In this document: piece after piece, positions 16,477 to 26,046 of the stretch
Layout of the letters: the number at the start of each line of letters is the position of its first letter
How positions within the stretch are numbered: the stretch's first letter is position 1
Virus record (IMG/VR): IMGVR_UViG_3300032118_000841
Coordinates: 1 to 46,210 of that record
Length of the DNA stretch: 46,210 bases
Source: a virus
Taxonomy: Duplodnaviria; Caudoviricetes
Reading direction: 5' to 3' (one strand)
The notes under the pieces: generated by a model
Told to the model about the DNA's origin: nothing
Database searches by the model: none
Seen by the model: the letters and a program-made list of their open reading frames with translations, nothing else
Program-made: the position numbers and the translations under genes

Positions 16477-16629
16477 ATGGAAGAAAGAAAGCATGTTTGG
16501 TTAAGAAGGGAAAAATGCTTTGCACAATATGGAAATCTTAAACATCATTATTCATATTATTATTATATATGCGAAGATTGTGGTATTATAATATCAGAAG
16601 AAGAATATAATAAATTGGAGGAAGAATAA
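16477..16629 (+). CDS. Zinc-binding micro-protein (50 aa)
   Basis: AGGTGA RBS; HVW...CEDCG; TAATG coupled to cysteine synthase. Confidence 0.65.
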   Translation: MEERKHVWLRREKCFAQYGNLKHHYSYYYYICEDCGIIISEEEYNKLEEE

Positions 16630-17504
16630 TGGAAACACCGATGGTAGAATTAAAAACATATGCAACCGATAATGTCCGATTATTTGCCAAACTAGAGGGC
16701 GTGTCAATCGGTGGGTCAATTAAAGACCGAGTTGGCGATTGGTTGGTTAGAACCGCCATAGAAAAGGGTTATTTAACGAAAGGCGACACCATTATTGAGG
16801 CAACATCTGGAAATACGGGCATTGGATTGGCTATTGCTGCGGTAAAATACGGTTTTCCGTGCAAACTTCTAGTTCCAAAGTCAACTGCAAAACAAAAGAT
16901 TAAGATGATGAGAGCATTCGGTGCTACCGTTGAAATAATTGACGGAACGATTGACGATTGCATTGGCTTAGTTGAGGGAATGGCTGCAAAATCAAATTAC
17001 GTTTGGCTAAATCAATATGATAATGTAGAAAGCATCGAGTGTCATTATAAAACAACTGCACCAGAGATATATGCGTATTTGGCTGATTATTTCATGTATT
17101 GCGATTGGAGTTTAAAGGCATTAGAAAATTTTAGTAATATTTTGGTCTGTGCTATGGGAACAACTGGAACTATAATGGGTTGTGCAAAATATTTAAGACC
17201 GTTTGGATGGACAATCTACGGTGCAATGCCAGACCCAAAAAGCAAGATTGAGGGATTAAAAAACTTACATATTCAACGCAGACCGAAGATATTTGACCGC
17301 AGGGAAATAGACCAAGTGATTTGCGTGAACAGTGCAGAAACGAAACGTGCAATAAAAGACCTTGCACTGAGAGAGGGTATCCTAGCAGGTCCGAGTTCTG
17401 GTGCTGCGTTATGTGCTGCACTATTCGTTGCAAACTTACAGCCTAAAGATAAGAAAACAAATATCGTTGTAATATTCGCAGATAGGGGTGAACGCTATTT
17501 ATAA
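16629..17504 (+). CDS. PLP-dependent cysteine synthase family protein (CysK/CysM)
   Basis: TPMV, AKLE...GGSIKDR (PLP lysine), EATSGNTG, NQYDN, GTTGT, GPSSGA, DRGERYL. Confidence 0.93.
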   Translation: METPMVELKTYATDNVRLFAKLEGVSIGGSIKDRVGDWLVRTAIEKGYLTKGDTIIEATSGNTGIGLAIAAVKYGFPCKLLVPKSTAKQKIKMMRAFGATVEIIDGTIDDCIGLVEGMAAKSNYVWLNQYDNVESIECHYKTTAPEIYAYLADYFMYCDWSLKALENFSNILVCAMGTTGTIMGCAKYLRPFGWTIYGAMPDPKSKIEGLKNLHIQRRPKIFDRREIDQVICVNSAETKRAIKDLALREGILAGPSSGAALCAALFVANLQPKDKKTNIVVIFADRGERYL

Positions 17505-17524
17505 ATACATGGGGTTGATATAAA

Positions 17525-17857
17525 TTGTTCGATAGAAAAGCATACGCTAAAAAATATTATAAAAAATATCGAAAAATAAATAGAAAACGATATAATAAAT
17601 ATTCAGAAAAACACAGACAAAAAATTAGGTGCTTTCTAAATGATATTAAATCAAATGGTTGTGCAATATGCGGATATAATAAACATATAAAAATATTGCA
17701 TTTCCATCATGTTACTAAAAAATATAAAAAATTCAATGTTGATTCTGGAACGGTTGGGATGAAGCAATTAATTAATGAAATTGATAAATGTGTAATATTG
17801 TGTGCAAATTGTCACTATGAAATGCATCTTATAGAAAATGGAGAGATAAAAAAATGA
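17525..17857 (+). CDS. HNH endonuclease
   Basis: CAICGY...LHFHH...EIDKCVILCANCH. Confidence 0.88.
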   Translation: MFDRKAYAKKYYKKYRKINRKRYNKYSEKHRQKIRCFLNDIKSNGCAICGYNKHIKILHFHHVTKKYKKFNVDSGTVGMKQLINEIDKCVILCANCHYEMHLIENGEIKK

Positions 17858-18255
17858 TAGCAGACCTAATATTGACCGCAGCGAGTGTTGGATTTGTTGG
17901 TGCAGATTTAAAACAGGCATGGAAACTATTCAAGAATAAACAATACGATGTTTCAGCATTCAGTATAACGCACTTTAGACTTAAATTAACATCCCTGGCA
18001 TTAGTTATTGCAGGGTATTTGTTACTTAACGTCTACCTGGCACTATCGGTGGCTATTTCGCAATTGATATTGAATATTTACATAGCGAATAGAATTGGAT
18101 GGAGACATAAAAAATCAAATATTCCAAAACCATTCGTAGAATCAGAATTGTTCAAAATATTAAATAATGATGATTTCGATAGTAAATATGTTGCAGTTAT
18201 CCCACCACTTGAAGAAGATTATTGCGATAATGATTTATATGGTGGCGGTGAATAA
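17854..18255 (+). CDS. PQ-loop/SemiSWEET-like 3-TM membrane protein
   Basis: Q.WKLFKNK..DVSAFS after TM1; three hydrophobic helices. Confidence 0.5.
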   Translation: MIADLILTAASVGFVGADLKQAWKLFKNKQYDVSAFSITHFRLKLTSLALVIAGYLLLNVYLALSVAISQLILNIYIANRIGWRHKKSNIPKPFVESELFKILNNDDFDSKYVAVIPPLEEDYCDNDLYGGGE

Positions 18256-18729
18256 ATGAAACAAACAAAGACCCTGGATTTATACCTTGCCCACTCCTTC
18301 GAAAGACGACATGAAATCCGCATAATCGAGTTGGAATTAGAACGACAGTATAATTTAAACCTGCATAATCCATTCTTTGATGCTATGACACGAAAGGACC
18401 GCAGGTTGATACTATCAAAAAGTCCAACAGCGAATGATTGCCTGAGATTTAAACGGACACAAGCGGATTGTGAGGAACTCGTTTACAGGGATTTATCGAA
18501 CATAGATAATCGAGATGGACTATTTACAATCATACACGAACCAAGTCTCGGAACTGCATTTGAAATATCACACGCACATAAAACGGGAAAACTCGTGTTC
18601 GTTGTCAGTGAACGATACAGTGAACATCCGTGGATTCGAGTTTACGTAGATTACCGTTTTAAAACTTTAGATGAATTTATACAATGGTTGAAGAAGGAAG
18701 GATATGCCAAAAAAACTAAGTCCATATAG
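18256..18729 (+). CDS. Nucleoside 2-deoxyribosyltransferase / N-glycosidase family protein
   Basis: LYLAHSF, NPF, DL..ID..D, SLGTAFE (catalytic Glu), GKLVFV. Confidence 0.85.
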   Translation: MKQTKTLDLYLAHSFERRHEIRIIELELERQYNLNLHNPFFDAMTRKDRRLILSKSPTANDCLRFKRTQADCEELVYRDLSNIDNRDGLFTIIHEPSLGTAFEISHAHKTGKLVFVVSERYSEHPWIRVYVDYRFKTLDEFIQWLKKEGYAKKTKSI

Positions 18730-18940
18730 ATTCGTCACCACAGAAATTACAAATCGTGGTGAGAAAATCGTGCCGTTCTGTTGTTTCGGTGAACAACGAA
18801 ATTGGAGTGAAATAGCGAAAGAGTTGGACATAATTACAGAACGCTACGGGAGTGAGTTCCCTAAATTTGACATGCGTGAGAAGGGTTGGGTTTATATATA
18901 TACAAGAAAAGAGGGAAAACGAAGGGTGTTTATAGAATGA
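18704..18940 (+). CDS. Hypothetical protein
   Basis: Purine-rich RBS; ATGA overlap downstream. Confidence 0.6.
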   Translation: MPKKLSPYRFVTTEITNRGEKIVPFCCFGEQRNWSEIAKELDIITERYGSEFPKFDMREKGWVYIYTRKEGKRRVFIE

Positions 18941-19383
18941 CCGAAAAGAAATATCCTTATCACAAATACTTCAAAGACCTATCGAAATACTCCGATAACT
19001 TGGATGTAAATAAGTCAACATCGTCATCGAGATTCGGATTAAAACGGGCAAGAGATATCTTCACGATGGGGCGAACATACTACGGTGAGGGGGGATATTA
19101 TATTGGAATGTTTAAGGATTTCATATATCTTGCTGCACTATTCCCTCTCGTTCTTGCTCAAATCGGTGTTTCTAACGTGTTCTCAATGCCACTGGTTCTT
19201 ATTTACCTATTGGCGTGTGTGATGATGGGTTTCTTATCTTATCGTGTCTTTAAACTGGCACGGTCTGAGAAGGAATATGAGGATAAGAATAGTGTAAGTC
19301 GTTACATGACCTGGGCTATGTTAAAAGAGATACAAGAGGAACTCATAAAACAGAGAAAGAAAGTTGGAGGAAAGAAAAAATGA
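18937..19383 (+). CDS. Membrane protein (2 TM)
   Basis: Two hydrophobic helices; start at the ATGA overlap (18937). Confidence 0.65.
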   Translation: MTEKKYPYHKYFKDLSKYSDNLDVNKSTSSSRFGLKRARDIFTMGRTYYGEGGYYIGMFKDFIYLAALFPLVLAQIGVSNVFSMPLVLIYLLACVMMGFLSYRVFKLARSEKEYEDKNSVSRYMTWAMLKEIQEELIKQRKKVGGKKK

Positions 19384-19751
19384 GAATGCTAATGCCACCG
19401 TTATATAAGTGTAAAAAGATGTATAGACTATTGAACGAATTTTATCTCGAGAATGAGAATAATTACAAGATAGATAATTATACAAAATTCGATTATGCGG
19501 TTATAATATTCTGTGCATATTATCAAATACCAAAACCAAAGCGAATTAGATTCAGGCGAAGTTTTAAAGAACACGTTTTGGGGTTGTGCTACCCTTCGGG
19601 TCGAATAGATTTATATTATCCGTTTAATTATAATGGAGATGCCCACCATTGGATTGGTGTGTTTTACCATGAGATGTGTCACTATGTATTTCACATAAAG
19701 GATGAGGATAAGGCACTAGAATTTGAAATGAAAATGATGAAAAGGAAGTGA
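19380..19751 (+). CDS. HExxH metallopeptidase (IrrE/minigluzincin-like)
   Basis: LGLCY...IDL...YHEMCH...EDKALEF. Confidence 0.7.
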   Translation: MRMLMPPLYKCKKMYRLLNEFYLENENNYKIDNYTKFDYAVIIFCAYYQIPKPKRIRFRRSFKEHVLGLCYPSGRIDLYYPFNYNGDAHHWIGVFYHEMCHYVFHIKDEDKALEFEMKMMKRK

Positions 19752-19755
19752 TAAA

Positions 19756-20016
19756 ATGATAACAACATATGAAAAATTTGTTAGTGATATTTCTAAAAAA
19801 ATATATGTAGAGAGAGATGAATATTTAAAATCAAAAATAAAAAATATTTGGCAAAAACCAATTCTTAGGAAATTTCTTAAATTTGGATTATATGTTGAAG
19901 AAACTCCGTATAAAGTTGAAGTAAATAATCTTCCTGGTTGTGTAGCAATTACACAAATGTATGAATTGAAAGCGAAGAATATATTTTGTAAGAAAATTTT
20001 TTTAAAGGGTGAATAA
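19756..20016 (+). CDS. Hypothetical protein
   Basis: RBS and operon packing. Confidence 0.55.
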   Translation: MITTYEKFVSDISKKIYVERDEYLKSKIKNIWQKPILRKFLKFGLYVEETPYKVEVNNLPGCVAITQMYELKAKNIFCKKIFLKGE

Positions 20017-20017
20017 A

Positions 20018-20296
20018 ATGCCGTATATAAAAATTGAGGACAGGAAGAAATTTAAGGCAGTTATGTTCCCGTTCTTGGTGAGTGCGGAACTGAACCGATT
20101 GACCGCAGGTGAGTTGAACTATCTGTTTACCCGTATAATCGACAGGCAATTAGATGGTGCAAACTATGCCCGTTACAATGAGATTATAGGGGCACTGGAA
20201 TGCTGCAAATTGGAACTTTATAGACGGCTACTGTGCCCGTATGAAGAAAAAAAGAAAAAAGAGAACGGTGACGTTTACACAAATTCAACTGAATAG
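20018..20296 (+). CDS. Conserved phage protein of unknown function
   Basis: MPYIK...GELNY...GALECCKLELYRR..PYE..K...NGDV pattern, recalled as common in phage nucleotide-metabolism regions. Confidence 0.75.
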   Translation: MPYIKIEDRKKFKAVMFPFLVSAELNRLTAGELNYLFTRIIDRQLDGANYARYNEIIGALECCKLELYRRLLCPYEEKKKKENGDVYTNSTE

Positions 20297-20319
20297 GTGA
20301 GAATAACGGGTATATCGTA

Positions 20320-20352
20320 GAATAAGGGTCAATTCCTCCGCCCTTATTCTTT
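20320..20352. terminator. Hairpin at the convergence of the two transcription arms
   Basis: GAATAAGGG-12nt-CCCTTATTC followed by TTT. Confidence 0.7.
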
Positions 20353-20595
20353 CATTTTAAATAAAAAAAGATACAATTTTCTTAATGGGGTTTCTCTTGT
20401 TATTAGATGTTCTATTAGGTCATCGATAATGCAGAATACGCCAACTCCCATAATGCTTATCCATAGAGGACTTAGCGAATCTAAATTACCATTACCGATT
20501 CCCAATATTAAATTATAAGTTCCAAATGCAAGAAATGAAATCCCATAATATAAATGATGATTTCCCCATGCAATAAATTTAACTGGCGGTTTCAT
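20344..20595 (-). CDS. Small membrane protein
   Basis: HHLYYG, two TM segments, IDDLIEH. Confidence 0.7.
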   Translation of the reverse strand: MKPPVKFIAWGNHHLYYGISFLAFGTYNLILGIGNGNLDSLSPLWISIMGVGVFCIIDDLIEHLITRETPLRKLYLFLFKMKE

Positions 20596-20599
20596 AATT

Positions 20600-20628
20600 A
20601 AAGAATAAAGGAACTGTTTTACAGTTCC
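20600..20628 (-). terminator. Hairpin plus U-rich terminator
   Basis: GGAACTGT-AAA-ACAGTTCC-TTTATTCTTT. Confidence 0.65.
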
Positions 20629-20801
20629 AATCCAGTTTTTGTTACTGCTCTCATTATTAGGTTAGCAACCACAATAAGTGCTGCTTGTTCTTCTGCTGCA
20701 ATAACGAACCCATAGTTTGATTGAACGAGCATTGCAACCAATGCTATGACGTTCAGCCATAGGGTTTTACTTTTCCACCAAGTTTTCTTTACTTCTCCCA
20801 T
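20619..20801 (-). CDS. Holin-like 2-TM protein
   Basis: WWKSKTLWLN...NLIMR..TK pattern of small phage holins. Confidence 0.65.
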   Translation of the reverse strand: MGEVKKTWWKSKTLWLNVIALVAMLVQSNYGFVIAAEEQAALIVVANLIMRAVTKTGLEL

Positions 20802-20805
20802 AATT

Positions 20806-21099
20806 TTATCTCCTTATATATCTATCTAATAATCCTAAAAATTCCTTCCACTGTCTCATTGAAAATAGGATAACTGGCGTTAAGAGGTAAACAAAAAAAG
20901 GTAATGCCAGTAGTATCCATATCTTCTCCTTTGTTAATATACCGATTGAAAATAATCCAATGAAAAATGATACACAGACTATTGCATCTTCGTATGTTCC
21001 AACGTTAAATCCACGTTTCTTATACATCCAGTTTCGAACTCTAAGCAACGTGAATATTGCAATCAATACAATGAACATCGATGCTATCTCTATTACCAT
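20806..21099 (-). CDS. 3-TM membrane protein
   Basis: Hydrophobic helices; start revised to ATG 21099. Confidence 0.65.
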   Translation of the reverse strand: MVIEIASMFIVLIAIFTLLRVRNWMYKKRGFNVGTYEDAIVCVSFFIGLFSIGILTKEKIWILLALPFFVYLLTPVILFSMRQWKEFLGLLDRYIRR

Positions 21100-21362
21100 T
21101 TGAACACGCTTATTCCCAATCCTATTACAGATATTGATATTCCCACGAACCAACATAGCATTTTCTGAGTTGTTTCAATACGTGTTACACGAGTTTCCAA
21201 TGCTTGATTCTGTGCTAAAAAATAAAATAGTATGTCCTTACTCGTTACTTTTGATGAGGCAGCAATAATTTCGTCATCCTTAGTTTCCCTCGTGAATTGT
21301 TTTATTGCCTGAATTAACAGTTTCATGTCGTCTTTATCAACCTTTTTCATTACTTTCTTCAT
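21093..21362 (-). CDS. Coiled-coil protein with C-terminal TM (lysis-cassette type)
   Basis: LETRVTRIET followed by a hydrophobic tail. Confidence 0.6.
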   Translation of the reverse strand: MKKVMKKVDKDDMKLLIQAIKQFTRETKDDEIIAASSKVTSKDILFYFLAQNQALETRVTRIETTQKMLCWFVGISISVIGLGISVFKW

Positions 21363-21364
21363 GT

Positions 21365-24055
21365 TTACCTCACCAACTTTAAAGATAATGTGTATTCGAA
21401 TACATCTAATCCTATGGGTTTATATGTGAAACTGTCTATCACGTATGTTCCATCCCACTCAGTTCCCAACAGTGAAATCGTTATTTCCGTTCCGTTGTCT
21501 GCTATGTCTGCGATTTTATTGAATCTAGTTAATACATCATCTGCACTCTCATATCCAGTGAATGTGATTCTCTCATCGTTTATATCTTCGATATATGATG
21601 TGTAATTTCCGCTTCTGAATGAAAACCCAATTGAATTAAACCCAAGACTTCCATCCAAATTATCCCAATACGGTCTACGGAGATAAACCAGGATAGCACC
21701 AGTGGAATCCAACATTTCCATATCCTTTGAAGATATCGCCATGATGTAATCAGATATAGCCAATGTATCTGAAAGACTTAGCGTTTGATTCTTTAATATA
21801 GTCATTGCCGATGTTAACGCCAATGTATCGTATATTGAAAGTAAGTATGCTGCTGTTTTAAAAAATAATATTAATTCCTTTAATGTTAATGTATCACTAA
21901 TATTTTTATAGAATGCCTTTACAAATGTTTCTGTCATTGTTAGATTTTCATTGATAGACCTATTAAAAGCCGTAGCGGTTTTAATGAGGTCATTTAATGC
22001 TAGTGTATCAGATAGTGTTTTAAAGTATGCGGTATATAGACTTGTGATACACGAATCAGATATTGCAATAGTGTCACTAAATGTTCTGATAAATCCAATT
22101 TGTCTCCTAATTAGGTCATTGAGTGTTACCGTATTCGATAGGTTCTTTCCATATGTGAATGATTTTGAATCGGAGAACGATACCGAATCAGATAAATCTA
22201 ATCCTCTTAAATATTTAAAATCATCGGATATTGTTAATGTTTCTGAGAAATTTCTATTAATATATTTTAGTGTTGCTATGGCATCGGATACTGCACATGA
22301 ATCCGATAATTTCCATCCGAATGTTCGTGCTATTGCATCGGATATTGATAGGGTATTTGATAGATTTTTTCCGTATGTGAATGCCTTTGCATCCGATAGT
22401 GTTAGTGTTTCTGATAGCAACAATCCACGTAAATATTGAAAGTCATCTGATATTGATAGTGATTCAGAAAATCCCTTCCCAGGTTTTTTTGATATTAAAT
22501 CTGATAATGATAATGTATCCGCTACGGTTCTTTTCCACACGGATGTTCGAGTAATTAAATCGGAGATAGTTAGTGAACTTGTAAGAGATTTCGTATGTGC
22601 AGTTCCTCCACCGCCTCCAGATTCTTCAACACCAAAACTTGAAACAGTTGTTAAAGTATCGGGTCTTTTGGCAACAAAAATCCAATCGTAAACACCACGT
22701 TGGTCGCCATTTGAAAAACTACCGCATCCTATTGATGGGTAGATGTCTCCACTTGGAACATACGTTGATGAATTTGCAACAGATACGGAATTGCAATATG
22801 ATATTATATTTGTTGATGTTCTTTGAACTTCCCAAATATGATAAGTGTAGATAGAACTATATACATCACCATATTGATATGAATGTGAACCATCTCCCCA
22901 ATATGTTCTACCTATTGCTGAACCACCTGCACCTTTTGCTGCATATACAGGACTATTATATGGAGATGCGGGAGTTAAAGCAAAACCAATGCCTTGCCAA
23001 CAATAACTAGATATGTCTTTTAGTCTTGAAACAATTCGATAGTTTTTTCCATACGCAGTTTTAATTTTAATATAGTTATTTGTTCCATTTGTATTGCAAG
23101 ATAATTCCCCACTAGCAACAGTTATTCCAGGACTTCCTGTTGTATCCCACTTACTAGAATCTAATGAACTACCTGGAAAATCATCAAAGAATTGAAATGT
23201 ATTTGCACCACTTGAAGTTGTCGATGCAGCAGCATTTCCATAATACATATAAAATTCAGTGTCTCCATTTGTTTCAATCCAAATAGTTGCAACACCGTCT
23301 ACTGTATATCCTTGTATCCAATAGTCAAGTTCTGCATTTTCAGCAGAATTTGTAAATCTTAAATCACTAAAATCAGTATTACAATGACTATTACAATCTA
23401 CATTACAACTTCCTTCTCCGGTATCACTACCGATAAGTAATTTTATTTGATATCCAGAAGATGCATTTGATAGATTTACTTTTTTCTTATATGTCCAACT
23501 TGCATTCCACCACGCATATTTAGATAATGTTGATGTAACTAATTTTGAAAATTCTAATTTTGGTATTATATCTGTCTGTTTTACTCCAAATATTGCCTTT
23601 CTTTTTCCACAGATATCAATAATAAATATTTCATTTTTATTAATTTTTAATTCAGATAGGTCTTTTATGTCTTTCCAAGTTGAATTTAATTCTGTTACTA
23701 TTTCTTTATATTCCTCAGTAACGGCAGATTTACCAATATTCCCGTCAGGACCGATTGATTCTTTTTCTTCTATTGTTCTATAGTTTATTTTTTCAACTTT
23801 TTTTGATGTTTTTATTAATATCTTATATGTGATATTCCATTTATTTTTATCAGATGTCAATTCTGTAGTTGTATGTGATAAAAATTTAAGCAAATCTGGT
23901 GTATAATCACCATCTATTTTTATTGCTAGTGGCATGTGGGCATCGCATAAAACCTGTTCGTGATAGACCATCCTATCTTTATCTTCTACCCAGGAAAAAC
24001 CGAGTTCACTGTATTGCTCTCGTGTTTTGATGAGAACTGTCGTTATTTTCGCCAT
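21365..24055 (-). CDS. Tail fibre/adhesin: DUF2341-like domain, about 15 shaft repeats, C-terminal Dit/tube-like domain
   Basis: WWNASW...DFSDLRFT...LDYWI...YMYYGN...FFDDF; (L/F)S(D/E)(T/S)LxxSD repeats of 18-22 aa. Confidence 0.75.
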   Translation of the reverse strand: MAKITTVLIKTREQYSELGFSWVEDKDRMVYHEQVLCDAHMPLAIKIDGDYTPDLLKFLSHTTTELTSDKNKWNITYKILIKTSKKVEKINYRTIEEKESIGPDGNIGKSAVTEEYKEIVTELNSTWKDIKDLSELKINKNEIFIIDICGKRKAIFGVKQTDIIPKLEFSKLVTSTLSKYAWWNASWTYKKKVNLSNASSGYQIKLLIGSDTGEGSCNVDCNSHCNTDFSDLRFTNSAENAELDYWIQGYTVDGVATIWIETNGDTEFYMYYGNAAASTTSSGANTFQFFDDFPGSSLDSSKWDTTGSPGITVASGELSCNTNGTNNYIKIKTAYGKNYRIVSRLKDISSYCWQGIGFALTPASPYNSPVYAAKGAGGSAIGRTYWGDGSHSYQYGDVYSSIYTYHIWEVQRTSTNIISYCNSVSVANSSTYVPSGDIYPSIGCGSFSNGDQRGVYDWIFVAKRPDTLTTVSSFGVEESGGGGGTAHTKSLTSSLTISDLITRTSVWKRTVADTLSLSDLISKKPGKGFSESLSISDDFQYLRGLLLSETLTLSDAKAFTYGKNLSNTLSISDAIARTFGWKLSDSCAVSDAIATLKYINRNFSETLTISDDFKYLRGLDLSDSVSFSDSKSFTYGKNLSNTVTLNDLIRRQIGFIRTFSDTIAISDSCITSLYTAYFKTLSDTLALNDLIKTATAFNRSINENLTMTETFVKAFYKNISDTLTLKELILFFKTAAYLLSIYDTLALTSAMTILKNQTLSLSDTLAISDYIMAISSKDMEMLDSTGAILVYLRRPYWDNLDGSLGFNSIGFSFRSGNYTSYIEDINDERITFTGYESADDVLTRFNKIADIADNGTEITISLLGTEWDGTYVIDSFTYKPIGLDVFEYTLSLKLVR

Positions 24056-24056
24056 T

Positions 24057-25484
24057 TTAATCACAGAACTCCAACTCTAACATCCACTCATATGTGTTTA
24101 TTTTCTTAGCAACTTGATGCCATCCGAATGAAATTATATTGTAATTTATTGCATTTCCAGTTATATAATCAGTATTCATTTCGGTGTATCGTAAACCTGC
24201 GATGTTTATTGATTGTTTCAATTTGCCTAATGCTCTAATACAGTGTATGATATCCTCACAGGTTGATACGCCATCGGTGCAACCATCCCAGAGAACACCA
24301 GATAGTATCATTCTCTTTGATGAACGACCTAATCCGTAAACTTCCCTGTCTCCAGACCAGAAGTTTAAAGCATTTATATTAATATTTTGAATTACTTGAA
24401 TATCAACTGGTTTTGGAAGATAACAAGTTGAATCTGATGAAGTCCTAATTTCAGCATAGCATTGTGTCGTTCTTATTTCAGGACTATAAAACACTGGACT
24501 ATAATTTACAACAGCATAACATTGTGTTGTTCTAGGTTCTTCTCCAGAACTTCCCATATAAAAGTATTGAACGAATCCAACGATTAGCGCATCTATTTCC
24601 GCCCATGTCCATGCAGCATTGGTGAATGGGTTTAATAACCAAGTATCTGTATATAATGCATACTGCATCGTTAATGCTTTTCCAGTTGCGGTATAAACCG
24701 TTCCATGTGTCGTTATGGAATTTGCAATCATATTTCCGTTAACTACATTATTTCTGCTTCTATTATAAACAGTAACGGAAGTTATTGGTCCAGTTTCAAC
24801 AGTGTGGTTTGTCATATTGAATTTTGCATTTCCACCAGATAACCAATAATTACAAAATATATAAGTTGAATCATCATCTGGTGTTGTATCATCTACAAAA
24901 CTCCATAGATTCGCAGTTGTATAACCAGGATAACCACGAACACCAAGATAAGAAGAATCAGATGTTGGTCTTAATGTTAAATCAGATGTTCCTGGTGACA
25001 TACTTGGTGAACTACAAATTATTCCTATTTGAAGATTTGCGATATCTAGCCATGTCCAATCAGTTGCACTTGATAATTCTTTCTCCCAAGTATAACTAAT
25101 ATTTGCATAACTCGATGTAAGTCCAAAATCAATTGATTCTTCTATTGTAGTTCCACCATCGATACTATATAATATTTTATATATTCCTAACGATGCCTGT
25201 GGGTCTATATTAGATTTCGCCCTGGCAACTATTCGGACTGATGTTATATCTCCGAGTGGAGTTGGCGGGTCTATTGTCCATAGGTCGCTAACTTCAGAAA
25301 CATAACTATTGTAAACATAAGATGCATCATCATCTGCAATAACATCATCAACGCACTCCCATCCGTCACCAGTGCTTGTTGGTAAATCATCTATCGCACC
25401 CACTCCATTTGGTCTTAAAACCATCGGAACTTGTGCTGTATTTAGCGTATATAATGCGATAGTTGGAACAGATGGACCTGGCAT
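24057..25484 (-). CDS. Tail tip protein with two homologous beta domains and a C-terminal Dit/tube-like domain
   Basis: Internal duplication LRP...VDD...DDD..Y...ITSV...WTW..I..L..G...RTTQCYA. Confidence 0.65.
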   Translation of the reverse strand: MPGPSVPTIALYTLNTAQVPMVLRPNGVGAIDDLPTSTGDGWECVDDVIADDDASYVYNSYVSEVSDLWTIDPPTPLGDITSVRIVARAKSNIDPQASLGIYKILYSIDGGTTIEESIDFGLTSSYANISYTWEKELSSATDWTWLDIANLQIGIICSSPSMSPGTSDLTLRPTSDSSYLGVRGYPGYTTANLWSFVDDTTPDDDSTYIFCNYWLSGGNAKFNMTNHTVETGPITSVTVYNRSRNNVVNGNMIANSITTHGTVYTATGKALTMQYALYTDTWLLNPFTNAAWTWAEIDALIVGFVQYFYMGSSGEEPRTTQCYAVVNYSPVFYSPEIRTTQCYAEIRTSSDSTCYLPKPVDIQVIQNININALNFWSGDREVYGLGRSSKRMILSGVLWDGCTDGVSTCEDIIHCIRALGKLKQSINIAGLRYTEMNTDYITGNAINYNIISFGWHQVAKKINTYEWMLELEFCD

Positions 25485-25486
25485 GT

Positions 25487-26044
25487 TTATCCTCTTACGG
25501 GTATTTCAATTTTAAAGTCTGGTAAACTTGCATCGTTTCCGTGCAATAGCACACAATGAACATTTGTGCATACCGCTTCAACTTTAACGTATAGTCTTTC
25601 CTCATCTTCTATCTTCTTTTCTTCCCAACAGTCAATCCAGAATGGAAAACACACGCTGTCTCCTATTCCAAGACCTGCATTCCAGGCAAGTGCTTTATTT
25701 ACAATAATGTGTCCAGTTGAAATCAATTCTTCATCATCGTTATTAGAACCCATTTTACATAATGTAACTCTATATGATGTTACCTGGGTTGCACCACCAC
25801 TTGCCTCATACACAACATATCCTTTTATAACACCTTCAACGAAATAAATCTTTTTCGTATAGAATGGATATAAAAAGTAAACTGTTGTTGCTGCAAGTGT
25901 TGAATCAGTTGTATCACAACTAGAATCGATATAATCTCTATCTAACATATAGTGATGTGCTGAGAATAAACCAAAGTTGAATGCCCAATGATTTGGATAA
26001 AATCCGTATAGAACCTCATAATATCTCTGGTCGTCAAGTGACAT
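25487..26044 (-). CDS. Minor tail protein
   Basis: Immediately downstream of the tape measure gene; beta-rich. Confidence 0.5.
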   Translation of the reverse strand: MSLDDQRYYEVLYGFYPNHWAFNFGLFSAHHYMLDRDYIDSSCDTTDSTLAATTVYFLYPFYTKKIYFVEGVIKGYVVYEASGGATQVTSYRVTLCKMGSNNDDEELISTGHIIVNKALAWNAGLGIGDSVCFPFWIDCWEEKKIEDEERLYVKVEAVCTNVHCVLLHGNDASLPDFKIEIPVRG

Positions 26045-26046
26045 AT

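Noticed and set aside
4488-17504. Thymidine hypermodification pathway (HhH-fold transferase plus PLP enzyme)
   Set aside because: No dUMP hydroxymethylase, 5hmU kinase or viral DNA polymerase seen; the PLP enzyme has ordinary cysteine-synthase motifs and the genes are unlinked
21305-21319. Third copy of TTGCCTGAATTAACA (also at 3522 and 3863)
   Set aside because: Lies inside a coding region with no supporting context; may be chance
21365-25484. Diversity-generating retroelement acting on adhesins
   Set aside because: No reverse transcriptase and no template/variable repeat pair noticed
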